64,000 nt of DNA from Klebsiella phage vB_KpnM_KB57: the sequence record NC_028659.1, one strand, 5' to 3'. Made by a program: the position numbers and the translations under genes. Shown here piece by piece: positions 8,230-17,422 of this stretch. How positions within the stretch are numbered: the stretch's first letter is position 1; each line of letters begins with the position of its first letter. The notes below the pieces were generated by a model, which saw nothing but the letters and a program-made list of their open reading frames with translations, had not been told where the DNA came from and searched no databases.

Positions 8230-8553
8230 ATGTTTTCAAGTAAAGAAACAAAAGTTATCGGTGAAATGGTCTGTGGTAAGCCACGACGGAAACCGGAGCA
8301 GACCGATGAAGAGAATACCAAGTTGATGATGATACGTGAAGTGTATCATGAATGTGGTGAAGACCACAATGTGTGCGTGGTATTACCAGATGGTATACCT
8401 GTTGACAAGTTCTTCGATAACTTCTATGCTTCAATAAAGTCGAGACTAGCTCGACGTAATGTGTGTGTAACATATTCAAAGGACTTGACTGTGGAACACA
8501 TCGAGAACAACATTGTTGTGGTGGATCTAAGTGAAATCCATGTAACGCTCTAG
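8230..8553 (+). CDS. Hypothetical early protein (107 aa)
   Basis: Start chosen at the ATG preceded by AAGGAG. Confidence 0.5.
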   Translation: MFSSKETKVIGEMVCGKPRRKPEQTDEENTKLMMIREVYHECGEDHNVCVVLPDGIPVDKFFDNFYASIKSRLARRNVCVTYSKDLTVEHIENNIVVVDLSEIHVTL

Positions 8554-8670
8554 AACGTGTTCTAAGGCGTTTTAATGGTGTGGTAGTACACTTGGGTTAC
8601 CAACCCATATTAAATTAAATACAGGGCCTCCCAGAGGCTCTGAGAGGTATTGTGGAGGATTATTTTGGAT

Positions 8671-8940
8671 ATGAAGAGCATTACCCGTGATGACTCCATC
8701 TATAAAGGTGCTTATCTAGCTCTGAGAGACATCATGAAGTCTATGGAGAAAAAGTATGGTGTGAAACTGTACTTAGATAGCCGGGTAGACTGGGGAAAGA
8801 CATGGATGGATGCTTCAGTTTACATTCATGGTGATAGGCATATCGTTAACCTGGTGTGTATGAAACTTATTGTGTGGCAGCATTACCAGAAAATAAGGGA
8901 TGGAATTCTTTTCGCCTACCCCGCTGAGGATATGAAATGA
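8671..8940 (+). CDS. Hypothetical protein (89 aa)
   Basis: ORF with GGAGG upstream. Confidence 0.45.
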   Translation: MKSITRDDSIYKGAYLALRDIMKSMEKKYGVKLYLDSRVDWGKTWMDASVYIHGDRHIVNLVCMKLIVWQHYQKIRDGILFAYPAEDMK

Positions 8941-9221
8941 AGAAAGATATCAAGAAACCTGTCAAGGAAAAGTTTGATACCTCTGCATTTGTGTTCACAA
9001 CCGATGTGGGTGTGATTAAAGATGCTCTACAGCAACTGCATGAACAGGAGGAAGACCGTGAATCGGAACCACTAACAAGGGATCAGATCTATTGGATGGG
9101 TTGGTGGGAGCTTAACATGCCGGAGGTTGATCGTCGCGGGTTAACACATGTATTGACATGTGCTCAGGAAAATGCTGCACTGGGTCTGTATAAGAAAACT
9201 ACGAAGAGGAAGAAAAAATGA
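8937..9221 (+). CDS. Hypothetical protein (94 aa)
   Basis: ATGA overlap coupling. Confidence 0.45.
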   Translation: MKKDIKKPVKEKFDTSAFVFTTDVGVIKDALQQLHEQEEDRESEPLTRDQIYWMGWWELNMPEVDRRGLTHVLTCAQENAALGLYKKTTKRKKK

Positions 9222-9457
9222 GCAGACTTGCAAAACTAAACAGAAGAAAGAAAATGTTGAAAGAGAAGCAGAAAAACATCACGGCTACTTTCCAAGTATG
9301 CCGAGAGGCTATGAAGGCAAATTTGATAACACCTTCGCAGAGACAGTTGATCCGTGATATTCTTCGTCCTGTACTCCACGACCTTGAAGGTGAAGTTCGT
9401 GATGTTACACTTCATATTCAAGAGGAACTTGTAAAAAGATATCAGGAGGATACATGA
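9218..9457 (+). CDS. Hypothetical protein (79 aa)
   Basis: ATGA overlap coupling. Confidence 0.45.
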   Translation: MSRLAKLNRRKKMLKEKQKNITATFQVCREAMKANLITPSQRQLIRDILRPVLHDLEGEVRDVTLHIQEELVKRYQEDT

Positions 9458-10047
9458 TCGACCACGTCACGTCAGACACGCATTGGTGGCATACCAACAT
9501 CCTTGGTTTCCCATCGTGTGATAAATTCCGTAAGAACCTGTACGGTCCAAAAGAAGACCGTGAAAGTCTGTATGCCATGAATGCAGGCATGATTGAAATC
9601 TGGAATAAGCACGTCAAACCAGATGATGTCGTAGCACATCTTGGTGATTTCGTGATTGCTTACGGACGCTATATTGAGCCTCGTGTTCGTGACATCCTTG
9701 AAAAGATCAACGGAAAGATCATTCTCGTTGGTGGAAATCACGATAACCGTGATACGAAACGTATCTTCCGTGAGTTTGGTCATGAAGTTGTTGATTATAA
9801 AGAGATTGACTTTAGCACAGGGAAAGAGAAGGTGCGGGTATGTATGTCTCACTATCCGTTTGCATCGTGGAACAAAGCACACCACGGGTCAGTTATGTTG
9901 CACGGGCATAGCCACGGCTCCTATACGGCCCCTGGTGGACGTATTCTGGATGTTGGCTGGGATGTACATGGTCGTCCTCTTACGATGCGTGAAGCCGTCC
10001 TGATGTGCCTCAAAAAACCAATCTACACTGCTGACCACGGAGAATAA
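9454..10047 (+). CDS. Calcineurin-like metallophosphoesterase (197 aa). Candidate RNA 2',3'-cyclic phosphodiesterase / 3'-phosphatase.
   Basis: Motifs GDFV (GDxxD), GGNHD (GNHD), HGHSHG (GHxH). Confidence 0.65.
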   Translation: MIDHVTSDTHWWHTNILGFPSCDKFRKNLYGPKEDRESLYAMNAGMIEIWNKHVKPDDVVAHLGDFVIAYGRYIEPRVRDILEKINGKIILVGGNHDNRDTKRIFREFGHEVVDYKEIDFSTGKEKVRVCMSHYPFASWNKAHHGSVMLHGHSHGSYTAPGGRILDVGWDVHGRPLTMREAVLMCLKKPIYTADHGE

Positions 10048-10048
10048 G

Positions 10049-10405
10049 ATGCATAACAAAGAACGGAATTTCATAGCACGTAACACGGCGAAGTCTTTCT
10101 TCGCCACTATTCATATCGCCGGGGACTATACTCAGGCAAAGAATCTTTGTCGTCAGTGGGTTATGCAAGGTGCTTGTGTGCAGATTTCCCCATGCACTTA
10201 TATCTACACAGGCGGTGCGGAAGAGGGTATGACTGTTCGGTTAATGCAGTATCCGCGTTTCCAGAGAACTGAGATTGAAATCCTTGAGATGGCTCGGGAG
10301 TTGGGAACTTACCTCGCTCAAGAGCTTTGCCAGATCAGTTTCAGTATTGAAACACCTTACAATACCACTTATTACCAAGCTGAGGGATACGATAAGCGCT
10401 CATGA
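10049..10405 (+). CDS. Hypothetical protein (118 aa)
   Basis: ORF packed between neighbours. Confidence 0.45.
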   Translation: MHNKERNFIARNTAKSFFATIHIAGDYTQAKNLCRQWVMQGACVQISPCTYIYTGGAEEGMTVRLMQYPRFQRTEIEILEMARELGTYLAQELCQISFSIETPYNTTYYQAEGYDKRS

Positions 10406-10605
10406 AAATACACAACATAACCAAAGACAGGATTCATTTCATAATGGATTCAGGAGCTTACGGATCTATCTCCAAGGCAGATGCCATGAAATTTCTGTAT
10501 GCTTCAAATATTCCTCAGGCAAAGCTTGACTCCCGTTCAGGAGAGTGTATTATTGACTCTATCACGAATATACAAGACCTGTGGGAGATATATCATGAAG
10601 TTTAA
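10402..10605 (+). CDS. Hypothetical protein (67 aa)
   Basis: ATGA overlap. Confidence 0.4.
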   Translation: MKIHNITKDRIHFIMDSGAYGSISKADAMKFLYASNIPQAKLDSRSGECIIDSITNIQDLWEIYHEV

Positions 10606-11557
10606 TGTTGACGATCTGGTCGCTAAAAATCTGGTAACCAAAAAGACTTACACCGAAGGCCCGTTCGCGGGTCTGTCTGTGCTGAAGTATAAGAACAATG
10701 TGTTCTGGGATAACCTGTGGCATACTGACCCACGCCTGCTTGAGTGCCGTGGCATGGTTGTTGATTCAGAAGACAACGTGATTATCTGGCCTTTCACTAA
10801 GATTTTCAACCGCTTCGAGAATGGAACTGACCTTCCTCTTGACAAACCGGTTGTTTGTTCCCGCAAGGTCAATGGTTTTATGGCCACAGCGGCAATACAC
10901 AAAGACAAGCTCCTCGTTTCAACAACAGGGACATTGGATTCTGAGTTTTCAGAATTGGCTCGTAAGTACCTCGAAAAAATGAATTTTGATCTGATTTCTT
11001 TCCGTGAAGATTACACTTTCATTTTCGAAATATGCGATAGCAGCGACCCACATATTGTGGAAGAGAAAGAAGGTGCTTATCTGATTGGTGTCCGTGACCT
11101 CGCTTTAAACGGTGTTATGGTTGAAGAGCACAAACTTGATCGCATCGCTGAAGTGATCGGTGCAAAACGTCCTCAATGGGATGTCCGTGCATTTGGCGAT
11201 GTCGTTGCAGCCAGTCATGCTGTTAGCCACGAAGGTTTTGTTGTCCGAAATATCGGGACAGATGACGAAAATAGCGAACTACTTTTGAAAATCAAGTCCC
11301 CACATTACCTGGCGAAGAAATTCCTGATGCGTGGAGGTGATAACAAGTGGGATATGATCTGGGATAACCCGAAAGAGGCCAAGAAGCGTATTGACGAAGA
11401 GTATTACGAGTTGCTAGACCATATTCGTGAGTATTACTCTAAAGATGTTTGGTCCGCGATGGATTCTCAAAAACGACGTCAGGTTGTTGAAGATTACTTC
11501 GCTATCGAAGACATGTTTGATCGTGGTAGTCGTTTTTATGTTGGGGTTCCAAAATGA
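10595..11557 (+). CDS. ATP-dependent RNA ligase (Rnl-type covalent nucleotidyltransferase, ~320 aa)
   Basis: Nucleotidyltransferase motifs: I KVNG, III FIFEIC, IV EGFVVR, V LLLKIKS. Size fits Rnl2. Confidence 0.6.
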   Translation: MKFNVDDLVAKNLVTKKTYTEGPFAGLSVLKYKNNVFWDNLWHTDPRLLECRGMVVDSEDNVIIWPFTKIFNRFENGTDLPLDKPVVCSRKVNGFMATAAIHKDKLLVSTTGTLDSEFSELARKYLEKMNFDLISFREDYTFIFEICDSSDPHIVEEKEGAYLIGVRDLALNGVMVEEHKLDRIAEVIGAKRPQWDVRAFGDVVAASHAVSHEGFVVRNIGTDDENSELLLKIKSPHYLAKKFLMRGGDNKWDMIWDNPKEAKKRIDEEYYELLDHIREYYSKDVWSAMDSQKRRQVVEDYFAIEDMFDRGSRFYVGVPK

Positions 11558-11898
11558 TTATCTGGCTTGATGACCTGAGAGATCCAAAAGACTACGGGTA
11601 TCCTGATGCCTTGTGGTTCAAGACCTCTCAGAAATTTATGGACTTTCTGGACAACAGGTCAAAGTTCTATCGTTATGTCACAGAGTGGCATTTCGATAAT
11701 GACCTTGGGGAAGGGTCAGAAATGGAGGGCTATGACTGCCTGTTGGCCTTGGAAGAGAAGCTTGTGTATGGAAAACTTCCTGTGCATGATGCTAAACTCT
11801 ATGTCCACACGTCTAACCCTTCTGCGGCACAAAAGTTCATGCTTGCAAAAGAGAGCTTCTTGAAGTATCGTATCACGATCTTAAGAAACAATTACTGA
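11554..11898 (+). CDS. Hypothetical protein (114 aa)
   Basis: ATGA overlap. Confidence 0.45.
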   Translation: MIIWLDDLRDPKDYGYPDALWFKTSQKFMDFLDNRSKFYRYVTEWHFDNDLGEGSEMEGYDCLLALEEKLVYGKLPVHDAKLYVHTSNPSAAQKFMLAKESFLKYRITILRNNY

Positions 11899-11907
11899 GG
11901 AGAAGAG

Positions 11908-12312
11908 ATGGAAAAGACTCTGATTATCCTGCGTGGTGTGTCTGGTGCGGGTAAGTCTACAGTTGCTGAGACAATCGCTGGTAAAGCATGGCCTGTGTTT
12001 GAGGCCGATAAATACCATTATCGGGACGGGGTTTACGACTGGAAGCCTGAAAACATGGCTGTTGCTCATAAGTGGTGTCAAGAACAGGTACGTGAGGCTA
12101 TGGTGTGCCGTATTGCAAAAATTATCGTATCCAACACTTCGACAACAGAGAAGGAACTAAAACCCTACATTGCCCTTGCTGATGAGCACGGATACCAAGT
12201 TATTAGCTTGGTGGTCGAGAATAGGCATGGTAATGATTCTATTCACAATGTTCCGCAGGAAACTCGTGATGCTCAAGAGCTTCGTCTGCGTAACTCATTG
12301 AAATTACAGTAA
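11908..12312 (+). CDS. P-loop polynucleotide 5'-kinase-like protein (134 aa)
   Basis: Walker A GVSGAGKST. Downstream IIVSNTSTTEK resembles the T4 Pnk kinase-domain motif. Confidence 0.5.
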   Translation: MEKTLIILRGVSGAGKSTVAETIAGKAWPVFEADKYHYRDGVYDWKPENMAVAHKWCQEQVREAMVCRIAKIIVSNTSTTEKELKPYIALADEHGYQVISLVVENRHGNDSIHNVPQETRDAQELRLRNSLKLQ

Positions 12313-12320
12313 GGAAAGAT

Positions 12321-12545
12321 ATGTATAAAGGAAATAACCTACGGGAATCGTTCGAAAATTGGTGGGACTCTCTTAGCGATCCTTGGTCAACACCAGAAGC
12401 AAAATCTGCTGCATGGGAAGCCTGGAAGTTTTCAAATTTACGAGTTCTTAATAAAATTCGTTATATGAAAGGTATTACCGAGCGGTGCAATGGTTATAAT
12501 GAGGCTATGAATGAGATAAATAATGTTATAGGGGAAAATCCATGA
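12321..12545 (+). CDS. Hypothetical protein (74 aa)
   Basis: ORF. Confidence 0.4.
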   Translation: MYKGNNLRESFENWWDSLSDPWSTPEAKSAAWEAWKFSNLRVLNKIRYMKGITERCNGYNEAMNEINNVIGENP

Positions 12546-13318
12546 GACGTCTTATCGTTATAAGTGGTGCTGGCTTCTCTGCGGAGAGTGGTGTACGTAC
12601 ATTCCGCACAGATACTGAATCTGGTAAAGCCCTGTGGGATGAATACGACCTTGAGGAGGTTTGTAACATACACGCCTTCCGTGGTAACTTCTACCATAAA
12701 ACGCACATGTTTTATAACAAGCGTCGTGCAGAGTTACCAACGGTACATCCGAATGCGGCGCATCTTCGCGTGGCTGAGTGGTACAGACGTTATCCTGGGC
12801 AGGTTGTTAACATGACAACTAACGTTGATGACCTTCTGGAACGTGCGGGTGTCCCTAAAGAAGATACTCTTTACATCCACGGGTATCTGAAAGAAATTCG
12901 ATACAAGCTCCATGAAGATTCTGAAGAGCAGTTGGTTGACATCGGTTACGATGAGGTAGACCCCGACCAATTTCATTGGTGTAAACCAAACGTAGTTTTC
13001 TTTGGTGAGAATGCTCCGGCCTATGGCCCTATGAATGATACCTTGGAGTCATTGACAAATCAGGATCTTGTAATTGTTGTAGGCTGTTCAAATACAGTTA
13101 TTAACTTCAACTGGGAGTTGTTCCCTGCGGTTATGCGGGGGACCAAAGTTGTTGTTGTTAATCCTGCTATTAGGTATGATGAACAAATGATGTATGAGAA
13201 TGCGGGTGTTCTTGTATATCGTACCGGAGCTGTTGATGCCTTTAATAATCCAGGCCTTATCAAGATAGTTGAGAATCACCTTGAAGGTAAGACACCATTG
13301 CAAAGCAAGGAGAAATAA
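12542..13318 (+). CDS. SIR2-family (sirtuin-like) NAD-dependent protein
   Basis: N-terminal GAGFSAESGVRTFR matches Sir2 GAGIS.ESGIP.FR. HPNAAH (PN.AH) and TTNVDDL (TQNIDGL) motifs present. No obvious CxxC..CxxC zinc ribbon. Confidence 0.65.
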   Translation: MRRLIVISGAGFSAESGVRTFRTDTESGKALWDEYDLEEVCNIHAFRGNFYHKTHMFYNKRRAELPTVHPNAAHLRVAEWYRRYPGQVVNMTTNVDDLLERAGVPKEDTLYIHGYLKEIRYKLHEDSEEQLVDIGYDEVDPDQFHWCKPNVVFFGENAPAYGPMNDTLESLTNQDLVIVVGCSNTVINFNWELFPAVMRGTKVVVVNPAIRYDEQMMYENAGVLVYRTGAVDAFNNPGLIKIVENHLEGKTPLQSKEK

Positions 13319-14631
13319 TGCAACAAGTAAACAGTACACTGTACGCCCTTAATAAAGATGGTTCTTTCCAGTGTTGGAAGGTGTTTATTGCTGGTAATCA
13401 GGTAGTTGTAGAGTTTGGCAAGGTTGGTGGTAAGAAGCAACAAAAGGTTACCACCTGTGAACCGAAGAACGTTGGACGTTCTAACGAAACCACCGCAGAA
13501 CAGCAGGCATTGGCTGAGGCGGTTTCCAAATGGGAGAAACAGGTTCGCCTTGGATATCGTGACGATACAAGTAAGCTTGAGCAGGAAGAGAACTTCTCCC
13601 CAATGCTGGCCCATGATGCAACTAAACGTTCAAAATCAATAGTTTATCCTGCATACGTGCAACCTAAGCTCGATGGTGTACGTGCTCTGGTTACTCTTGA
13701 TGCAGATGGCTTCCCACAATTCAATAGCCGTGGTAACAAACTGTATCCTGTACCGCTTGATTCTGAGTTGTCTGAACAGGTTAAATCCCTTTCTGAGCAT
13801 TCAGGGTTTGACAAATTCGATGGGGAGCTGTACATTCATGGTCTGAGTCTGCAAAAGATTGTCGCTCTTGCTAAGAAGTGGCGTACACCAGAGCAGATCG
13901 AGGAAGAGATTGAAAAGGATTATCAGTCTGACCTGAAGCGCCATCAGAAAGCTATTGACAATGGGGAAGACAGTTGGAAAGATTTCGATGGTGATGTTTA
14001 CTCTGTCGCGATCGAACCAGTTAAAGATGTTGATCGTTATGGCGGCTATTCAAGCCTTGACCTAGAGTACCATATCTTTGACATTCCGTGTTCAAATAAA
14101 CCCTGGATGATTAACGATGGGATTTCAGACTATACAGATAAGGAGTGTCGATACAAAGACCTTATGGACACTGACCACTTCACCTCTGTTATTAAAGCAG
14201 ATAAAATAAATGTGGTCCAAGGTAATGTCTTTGACACTGAGGATGAGGTTAAGCAATCAATCGGACATTTTATGCAGCAAGGCTTTGAGGGTGCTATCAT
14301 CCGAAATTTCAAAGGTGTCTATGAATTTGGTCAGCGATCTTCTGATCTCCAGAAATGGAAACTTTTCCAAGACGGCGAGGCTAAAGTCCTTGATTCTGTG
14401 GAAGATAAGAACGGTGAGGGTGTATTACTCTGCGAAGAGAAAGATGGTACACGTTTCAACTGTAAAATGAAGGGAACCCACGCAGAGAGATCTCAGGAAC
14501 GAATGCTCCTGCTGGTGGGTAAGTTTATTAACTTCACGTTCCAAGCTAGAACTGATGATGGTGTTCCTCAGTTCCCTGTGGGCCAAAGCGTTCGTGAACT
14601 CGATACATTAACATGGGAGCCTGTATACTAA
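13318..14631 (+). CDS. ATP-dependent DNA ligase (437 aa)
   Basis: Motif I PKLDGVRAL (KxDG), size and position within a DNA-metabolism operon. Confidence 0.55.
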   Translation: MQQVNSTLYALNKDGSFQCWKVFIAGNQVVVEFGKVGGKKQQKVTTCEPKNVGRSNETTAEQQALAEAVSKWEKQVRLGYRDDTSKLEQEENFSPMLAHDATKRSKSIVYPAYVQPKLDGVRALVTLDADGFPQFNSRGNKLYPVPLDSELSEQVKSLSEHSGFDKFDGELYIHGLSLQKIVALAKKWRTPEQIEEEIEKDYQSDLKRHQKAIDNGEDSWKDFDGDVYSVAIEPVKDVDRYGGYSSLDLEYHIFDIPCSNKPWMINDGISDYTDKECRYKDLMDTDHFTSVIKADKINVVQGNVFDTEDEVKQSIGHFMQQGFEGAIIRNFKGVYEFGQRSSDLQKWKLFQDGEAKVLDSVEDKNGEGVLLCEEKDGTRFNCKMKGTHAERSQERMLLLVGKFINFTFQARTDDGVPQFPVGQSVRELDTLTWEPVY

Positions 14632-15092
14632 TGGGATTTTATCGTAAAAAACCTGTAGAGGTTGAAGCACATAAGTTTGACGGGTCGTCAACCAGCGCAG
14701 GGCAGATCCATAATTGGATGGAAACTGGTGTGTGGAAGGATTCCGAAATCCACACTCGTGATTGTGGTCGTACTGTAGAGATAAAAACCCCAGAGGGTGT
14801 GGTTGTAGCCTCTGCTGGGGATTATGTAATTAAAGGGGTGGCTGGAGAATTCTATCCTTGCAAATCAGAAATTTTCCATGCAACATATGACCCGCTGGAA
14901 GACACTGATCGGGAACCTGGGAACTACCCAGCTAAAGCAATCCGTAAGGGTGATGAGATCATGTTTTGCGGAAAGGTTTATACCGTAACGAATACTGGTG
15001 CGATGGGGGAGGATGTTATCCTGACTCTCGGTGATGGTTCCCAAATCCCTGTGCGCCCTGATACTCAAATTATCGTAACAAAGGCACAGTAA
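14613..15092 (+). CDS. Hypothetical protein (159 aa)
   Basis: ORF. Confidence 0.45.
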   Translation: MGACILMGFYRKKPVEVEAHKFDGSSTSAGQIHNWMETGVWKDSEIHTRDCGRTVEIKTPEGVVVASAGDYVIKGVAGEFYPCKSEIFHATYDPLEDTDREPGNYPAKAIRKGDEIMFCGKVYTVTNTGAMGEDVILTLGDGSQIPVRPDTQIIVTKAQ

Positions 15093-15093
15093 A

Positions 15094-15444
15094 ATGATCT
15101 GGTATTGGCTGGCGCTACTAGGCGCATCATTTGTAACAGGAGGCGGCATTTATGCCGCTTACAGATTCCGAAAAGATAAGTTGGATGATTTCTTTGACTG
15201 GGTTGCTGGAAAGGTTAAACGTCTGCTGATCATCTGGGTATTTGTTATGGGCCTTGTTACGCTGGCCCTTACTGTCCCATTATGGCATACTATGACTTGT
15301 CAGTTCGACGGCTGGGCCGCGAATACAGAGACCAGTTATTCATGGTACAAATCAACCTGCCTGTATAAAAGCAAGACAGGGGCATGGCTACCTTTAGGTA
15401 TCAGTCGTGATCAACCGCAAGGAGATGGTGATGCATCAAATTAA
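15094..15444 (+). CDS. Membrane protein (116 aa, 2 TM)
   Basis: Two hydrophobic helices. Confidence 0.45.
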   Translation: MIWYWLALLGASFVTGGGIYAAYRFRKDKLDDFFDWVAGKVKRLLIIWVFVMGLVTLALTVPLWHTMTCQFDGWAANTETSYSWYKSTCLYKSKTGAWLPLGISRDQPQGDGDASN

Positions 15445-15685
15445 AGAAAATACTGTAGATTTTGAAGCGCATATCTACGATTCTGCGATGAACGACAACT
15501 ACAGATGGTCAATTCGTCCAGATCCTGATCTGCCAGGTTCAGTTAATCTTTCTTACAATGAGTTAGCTCATTATGACAACCGTTCTCGCCAAGGCTATGA
15601 GCAGCGAGGTATGGTAGGTTTCGATAAAGAAACTTGGGAAAAAATTAAATACGCCATCGATGGTGTTTTTGAAAAAACAATTTAG
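15431..15685 (+). CDS. Hypothetical protein (~84 aa)
   Basis: Start at the Met preceded by GGAG. Confidence 0.4.
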   Translation: MHQIKENTVDFEAHIYDSAMNDNYRWSIRPDPDLPGSVNLSYNELAHYDNRSRQGYEQRGMVGFDKETWEKIKYAIDGVFEKTI

Positions 15686-15693
15686 GAGATTTA

Positions 15694-16359
15694 ATGAAAG
15701 AAGCTTACGAAACCCTCAACTCAATGCTGCGCCCAACCTCCCTTGTTAAGTATGCGAAACATGTGGTAGATTGGAATTCTATCGCAGCTTCTGCAAAGGG
15801 TGAATTTACCCCATTGGAAAAGCAGTGGGAGTTTGTCGGAGAGGAGTTAGAAGAAACCGTTAAGGCATTAGCCGAAAATGACCGTAAGGAAGTCATTGAT
15901 GGGGCATGTGACTTGTTTGTTGTAGCGTCGTATGCTTATTGGTTGAGTAATAACCATTCACTATCCTTAAATTATAACCCTGATCTTAAGTTTTCGCTTG
16001 GTAAAGCTTTGGATGCTTTTGCGAATGAAGACTACGAAGAAATGCTTAAATTGAGCACAGCTTTGTTGTTTGGTATTGATATGCAATTGGATAAGAACAT
16101 GAGTAGCGTTCTTGAGTCTAACGATTCTAAATATCCAACACTTAACGAAGTTCAGTCTTTGCATAAAGATCTTGACTTGGTAAAAGCCCTTGAGGCAGAA
16201 TGCGCCTGTATCGAACGGCGTAACGGTGGACGTTATGAAGGTGTTCATTTCTCGATTGTTGATGGGAATATGAAAGAAGAGCCTCGTGTCGTATTCTTCG
16301 ACAAAGGTGGTAAAATCATGAAGCCTGGAACTTTCAAAAAGCCAAACATTATTGTTTGA
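15694..16359 (+). CDS. MazG-like all-alpha nucleotide pyrophosphohydrolase domain protein (221 aa), tentative
   Basis: EELEE...E..D acidic cluster (VGEELEETVKALAENDRKEVIDGACD) resembling the MazG EExxE..E..D motif. Confidence 0.35.
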   Translation: MKEAYETLNSMLRPTSLVKYAKHVVDWNSIAASAKGEFTPLEKQWEFVGEELEETVKALAENDRKEVIDGACDLFVVASYAYWLSNNHSLSLNYNPDLKFSLGKALDAFANEDYEEMLKLSTALLFGIDMQLDKNMSSVLESNDSKYPTLNEVQSLHKDLDLVKALEAECACIERRNGGRYEGVHFSIVDGNMKEEPRVVFFDKGGKIMKPGTFKKPNIIV

Positions 16360-16636
16360 CAATCGCATCGGGGTCTGTATGATGACCCCATCAAGACAAA
16401 AGGAGAACGAAGTGGAAGAAAATATTGATTATTCTGAAATTGTTGCCTTAGCTAATCGCCTTAAAATTACCATCATGAATCGCGGGGCATCTTCCCGTCA
16501 TGTTATCCGCTTCACGATGAAGCGTCGTTGGGGCGGCGTAAAGAAATACGCTTATGAATGCACACTCGGCACACTGGTATCTCATGTCAACCAGATCGAG
16601 AGAATGGGCGGAAAAATTGTCGGCATTGACAATTGA
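16352..16636 (+). CDS. Hypothetical protein (94 aa)
   Basis: ORF. Confidence 0.4.
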   Translation: MFDNRIGVCMMTPSRQKENEVEENIDYSEIVALANRLKITIMNRGASSRHVIRFTMKRRWGGVKKYAYECTLGTLVSHVNQIERMGGKIVGIDN

Positions 16637-16698
16637 AGCTTGACAAATAAAACTGAACGGTTATACTGACCACACTAAACCAAACAAAGGAGCAATAT

Positions 16699-17058
16699 AT
16701 GCCACGTATGCCAAAAATCAAAATCGAACTGATCACCTCTCTGCCGTCTGACCCAGTTCAGCGTAAACGCCTGAAAGATAGCGTAACTGAAGTGGTTGAT
16801 CTCCAGCGTCAAATCGCTGATCTGAAAGACCAGATCAAAGACATTCGCTCTGTGGAGAAAGAGACGCATAATATCTCTCCAAAATTCTTCAATAGTTTGG
16901 TGAAGCGCGAGTATGATGTTCGCTTCGAAGCCGAAAAGAAAACTGCTGCATTAGAGGCTGAAAAAGAAGTCTTCACCGAGGCAGACATTCTGTTTGGTCG
17001 TGGAACCCCAAATGTTGCACAGACTGAAGCCGATGATGGTGCTGAGGACACTGAATAA
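16699..17058 (+). CDS. Hypothetical acidic coiled-coil protein (119 aa)
   Basis: RBS AAGGAG. Confidence 0.5.
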   Translation: MPRMPKIKIELITSLPSDPVQRKRLKDSVTEVVDLQRQIADLKDQIKDIRSVEKETHNISPKFFNSLVKREYDVRFEAEKKTAALEAEKEVFTEADILFGRGTPNVAQTEADDGAEDTE

Positions 17059-17258
17059 TGAAATACTACCTGAATGGTGTTGGCCTGTTTGTCTTCATCT
17101 GTGTCGTATTCGGGTTTGGTGTTCCAACTCTGGTGTCTGCCAAAGATACAATTAGTGTTATTGGCGGGTTTACCTTAGTCTTCACTGCCCCGGTTGTCGT
17201 GTGGTACTGGTTGCGTAAGGTCTTCATTCCGAAGATAAGCGCTGAAGGAGATCGATAA
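17058..17258 (+). CDS. Small membrane protein (66 aa, 2 TM)
   Basis: ATGA overlap. Hydrophobic. Confidence 0.45.
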   Translation: MKYYLNGVGLFVFICVVFGFGVPTLVSAKDTISVIGGFTLVFTAPVVVWYWLRKVFIPKISAEGDR

Positions 17259-17422
17259 TGTTGCTAAATCTGAAGGCTGCAACTTGGGAAAAGTTGCAGC
17301 ACTTGGCAAAGTCCAAAGGTAAGTCTGCGGCATCTTATGTTGCAAAAATCGTAGATGACCACGTTGATGAAAACGTAAAGACTGAGTATAAAATCAAAGA
17401 GGAGAAACAAACTAATGCTTAA
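17258..17422 (+). CDS. Ribbon-helix-helix (CopG/Arc-like) small protein (54 aa)
   Basis: MLLNLKAATWEKLQHLAKSKGKSAASYVAKIV fits the RHH beta-strand/helix pattern. Overlaps the start of the SPFH gene. Confidence 0.4.
   Translation: MLLNLKAATWEKLQHLAKSKGKSAASYVAKIVDDHVDENVKTEYKIKEEKQTNA

Noticed and set aside
13318-14631. NAD-dependent (LigA-type) DNA ligase
   Set aside because: Length (437 aa) and the absence of recognisable LigA Ia/BRCT/zinc-finger segments favour an ATP-dependent T4/T7-like ligase. Both types share KxDG, so confidence is kept moderate.
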